This document shows, piece by piece, positions 62,452 to 64,000 of a stretch of 64,000 nucleotides of DNA; within the stretch, counting starts at the first letter, position 1, and each line of letters begins with the position of its first letter. The DNA is taken from assembly GCA_903889965.1 (NCBI GenBank), contig CAISZM010000027.1, forward strand, positions 220-64,219, written 5' to 3'. The notes beneath the pieces are model-generated. The model ran no database searches. It was not told where the DNA came from and saw nothing but the letters and a program-made list of their open reading frames with translations. The DNA is from an uncultured Elusimicrobia bacterium (lineage in GTDB: Bacteria > Elusimicrobiota > Elusimicrobia > Elusimicrobiales > UBA9959). The position numbers and the translations under genes are program-made.

Positions 62452-63393
62452 TTATACCGTCCCGGGCCCCTTTCCGACCCATTGCAGGGCCAGGAAGTAG
62501 GACATTACCCCCAGGATGATGATGATGCAGATGCCGGAAAAGAACACCCGGCGCGCCCAGGAAAAGGACCTGCCGGCCCGGAGGCTGTCGGCGTTCACTA
62601 TCTCGTACATCCACCATTTGGAGCCGCCCACGTTCGACACGGAAACAAGGTAGGCGCGCCCGTTGAGCCGGACCTGACCGGATAAATTATCGTACTCCTG
62701 CGCGGCGCAGTCCGAAAGCATGCGTAAGACCTGCGGCGGGGCCTTAAGCCCGGGCTTAAGTATGGACATGCTCTTGGAATCGGCTATTATCTGCCCGCCG
62801 CCGTCCACCAGGCCTAAATTACCCGAAGAATTCCTGCCCATCAGCCGCACGACTTCGCCCAGGTACGCCAGGCTCAGCCTGCCGGCCACATAGAACTGCG
62901 GCTTGCTCCCGGACCCTGGCACAGGCTCCACCAGGACCAGCGCCGGGGGCGTATATGTCCCGTACTCCACGGCCCCGGCAGGAGCCGTCGAAGCCTTCGC
63001 CTCGGAGAACATTGGGGATTTGCCGTATTCTACGGGGATCTTAAGGTTCTTCTCGGCGGAAAAACGCGCCAGTTCCGAACCGGAAGCCGACAGCAGCGCC
63101 AGCTCCGAGTAAATAAAAGGGTTCTCCTTCACGCGGCGGCCCAGCTCCCGCTTGAGCTCCGCCGCCCCGGAAACCGACGGCGCGCCAGGGGAACGCGACA
63201 GGCTGTAATTGAGGTTAAGTACGCCCGAAATTATGCCGGCCCCAGCGCGGGTGCGGAGTTCCAGGTAGTTAAGGGTATCGTTCCTCTGAAGCGCCTTAAC
63301 CCCCGAAAAGAAATGCCTTGCCAAAAGCAGGAAAGGCACCATAAAAAGGAGCGTTACCACCACTATGAATTTGTACCCGTTCTTATTAGGCAT
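62452..63393 (-). CDS. Membrane protein with a periplasmic sensor-like (possibly Cache-like) domain between two TM helices and no output domain
   Basis: I chose the ATG at 63393, preceded by GGGAGA. TM1 is FIVVVTLLFMVPFLLLA, followed by about 250 extracytoplasmic residues and TM2 (VFFSGICIIIILGVMSYFLAL). Only about 10 residues follow TM2. The Cache assignment is a guess from architecture. Confidence 0.5.
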   Translation of the reverse strand: MPNKNGYKFIVVVTLLFMVPFLLLARHFFSGVKALQRNDTLNYLELRTRAGAGIISGVLNLNYSLSRSPGAPSVSGAAELKRELGRRVKENPFIYSELALLSASGSELARFSAEKNLKIPVEYGKSPMFSEAKASTAPAGAVEYGTYTPPALVLVEPVPGSGSKPQFYVAGRLSLAYLGEVVRLMGRNSSGNLGLVDGGGQIIADSKSMSILKPGLKAPPQVLRMLSDCAAQEYDNLSGQVRLNGRAYLVSVSNVGGSKWWMYEIVNADSLRAGRSFSWARRVFFSGICIIIILGVMSYFLALQWVGKGPGTV

Positions 63394-63427
63394 ATGATCT
63401 CCCGTATCCTGTCCTGATTCTACCAAA

Positions 63428-64000
63428 TTAGGCCCCGCCGGCCGCTCCATATTTTTCACCCAGGGTTTTTTCAAGCCAGCCCAGGGTTTCCTGAAACCCG
63501 AACCCCGCCAGGGCGCACATTCCCCAAAGCGCCCAGAGATAATACCGCAGCTCTATTCCGCCCGTTGCGGCGAATTGACGTATGGGCGCCAGCGGGATGG
63601 CGGGCAGCAGCGCCGCCGCGAAAAAGAAGATAAGAAAATTTTTTTTAAGCGCGGCAGCCGCGTAAAAACCCAGGAAGACCAGCACCATCATGAACTTATA
63701 ATAGAGCGCCCGCGGCAGCTCGTGGGCGAAGGCCCTCCACAGGCCGGAGAAAAGGCCCCGCAAAGCTCCGGACGGACCGTTCCTGAACACGAACCCGGCG
63801 GTGCCGAGCGGGGATGACGGCACGTCTCCGGCCGGCCGGTAACCGTAGCGGTCTATATTAGCCCAGCGCCTGAGCCTGAGCTCCTGACCGTAAAAAATAT
63901 TCCCGTACCTCGCGCCCTGATAAGCGAGGTAGGGAGAGGTCAGCGCGGCGCACAAGGCCAGCGCGATCGCGATTGAACGCAGCCCCCCGGGAACCCGCCG
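63428..64000 (-). CDS. Polytopic membrane protein, 5' end outside the window
   Basis: The frame stays open to the window edge: the upstream codons read RRVPGGLRSIAIALA before the ORF-track TTG start at 63955. Several hydrophobic segments are present (..MMVLVFLGFYAAAAL.., ..LIFFFAAALLPAIPLAPI.., ..LWALWGMCALAGFGF..). I recognise no family. Confidence 0.5.
   Translation of the reverse strand, partial: RRVPGGLRSIAIALALCAALTSPYLAYQGARYGNIFYGQELRLRRWANIDRYGYRPAGDVPSSPLGTAGFVFRNGPSGALRGLFSGLWRAFAHELPRALYYKFMMVLVFLGFYAAAALKKNFLIFFFAAALLPAIPLAPIRQFAATGGIELRYYLWALWGMCALAGFGFQETLGWLEKTLGEKYGAAGGA

Noticed and set aside
1-64000. CRISPR arrays, rRNA or tRNA genes, transposases, integrases, prophage or plasmid genes.
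   Set aside because: I scanned the intergenic spacers and the ORF translations and found none of the following: regularly spaced direct repeats, tRNA-like T-arm sequences, or DDE, tyrosine- or serine-recombinase-like ORFs. The window looks like core chromosome.

Overview
This is a GC-rich, densely coding chromosomal segment from a diderm bacterium (LptFG, a TolC-family protein and several beta-barrel proteins are present). I cannot place it taxonomically from sequence alone. Most long ORFs lying antisense to real genes are GC-driven shadow ORFs. I support about 52 protein genes. They include a partial ferritin, TRAP DctQM, a patatin/TauE/DUF1634 block, tryptophanase, a GlcD-GlcE fusion with GlcF, and a GAF/HD-GYP protein. 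A roughly 15 kb envelope-glycan cluster carries WecA, an RmlD-like reductase, two GT2, two GT39-like proteins, two DegT aminotransferases, a WbpB/D/E-like trio, an AsnB-type amidotransferase and a GT9. The rest comprises MtgA, DapA, DapF, an exported TPR/patatin/TolC/HAMP operon, PFK, a receiver-only response regulator, DnaE, a Nudix hydrolase, transketolase, LptFG, a 1819-aa outer-membrane giant, ComF, a prolyl oligopeptidase, two GH13 enzymes and two membrane proteins. I saw no rRNA, tRNA, CRISPR array, transposase or integrase. Three things deserve a second look. (1) The 1819-aa beta-barrel giant reads to me as SprA/Sov-like (type IX secretion translocon family), but it is short, has no other T9SS genes nearby, and sits back-to-back with lptFG. 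(2) Two roughly 200-nt GC-rich structured elements share a conserved 64-nt 5' module and a closing helix followed by a T-run. They bracket dapA in inverted orientation and match no RNA family I can recall. (3) A translationally coupled operon encodes a HAMP-only membrane protein with a Met-rich periplasmic loop, a TolC-like channel without a pump or adaptor, an exported patatin lipase and an exported TPR protein. All family assignments come from reading the translations and from memory; no searches were run.
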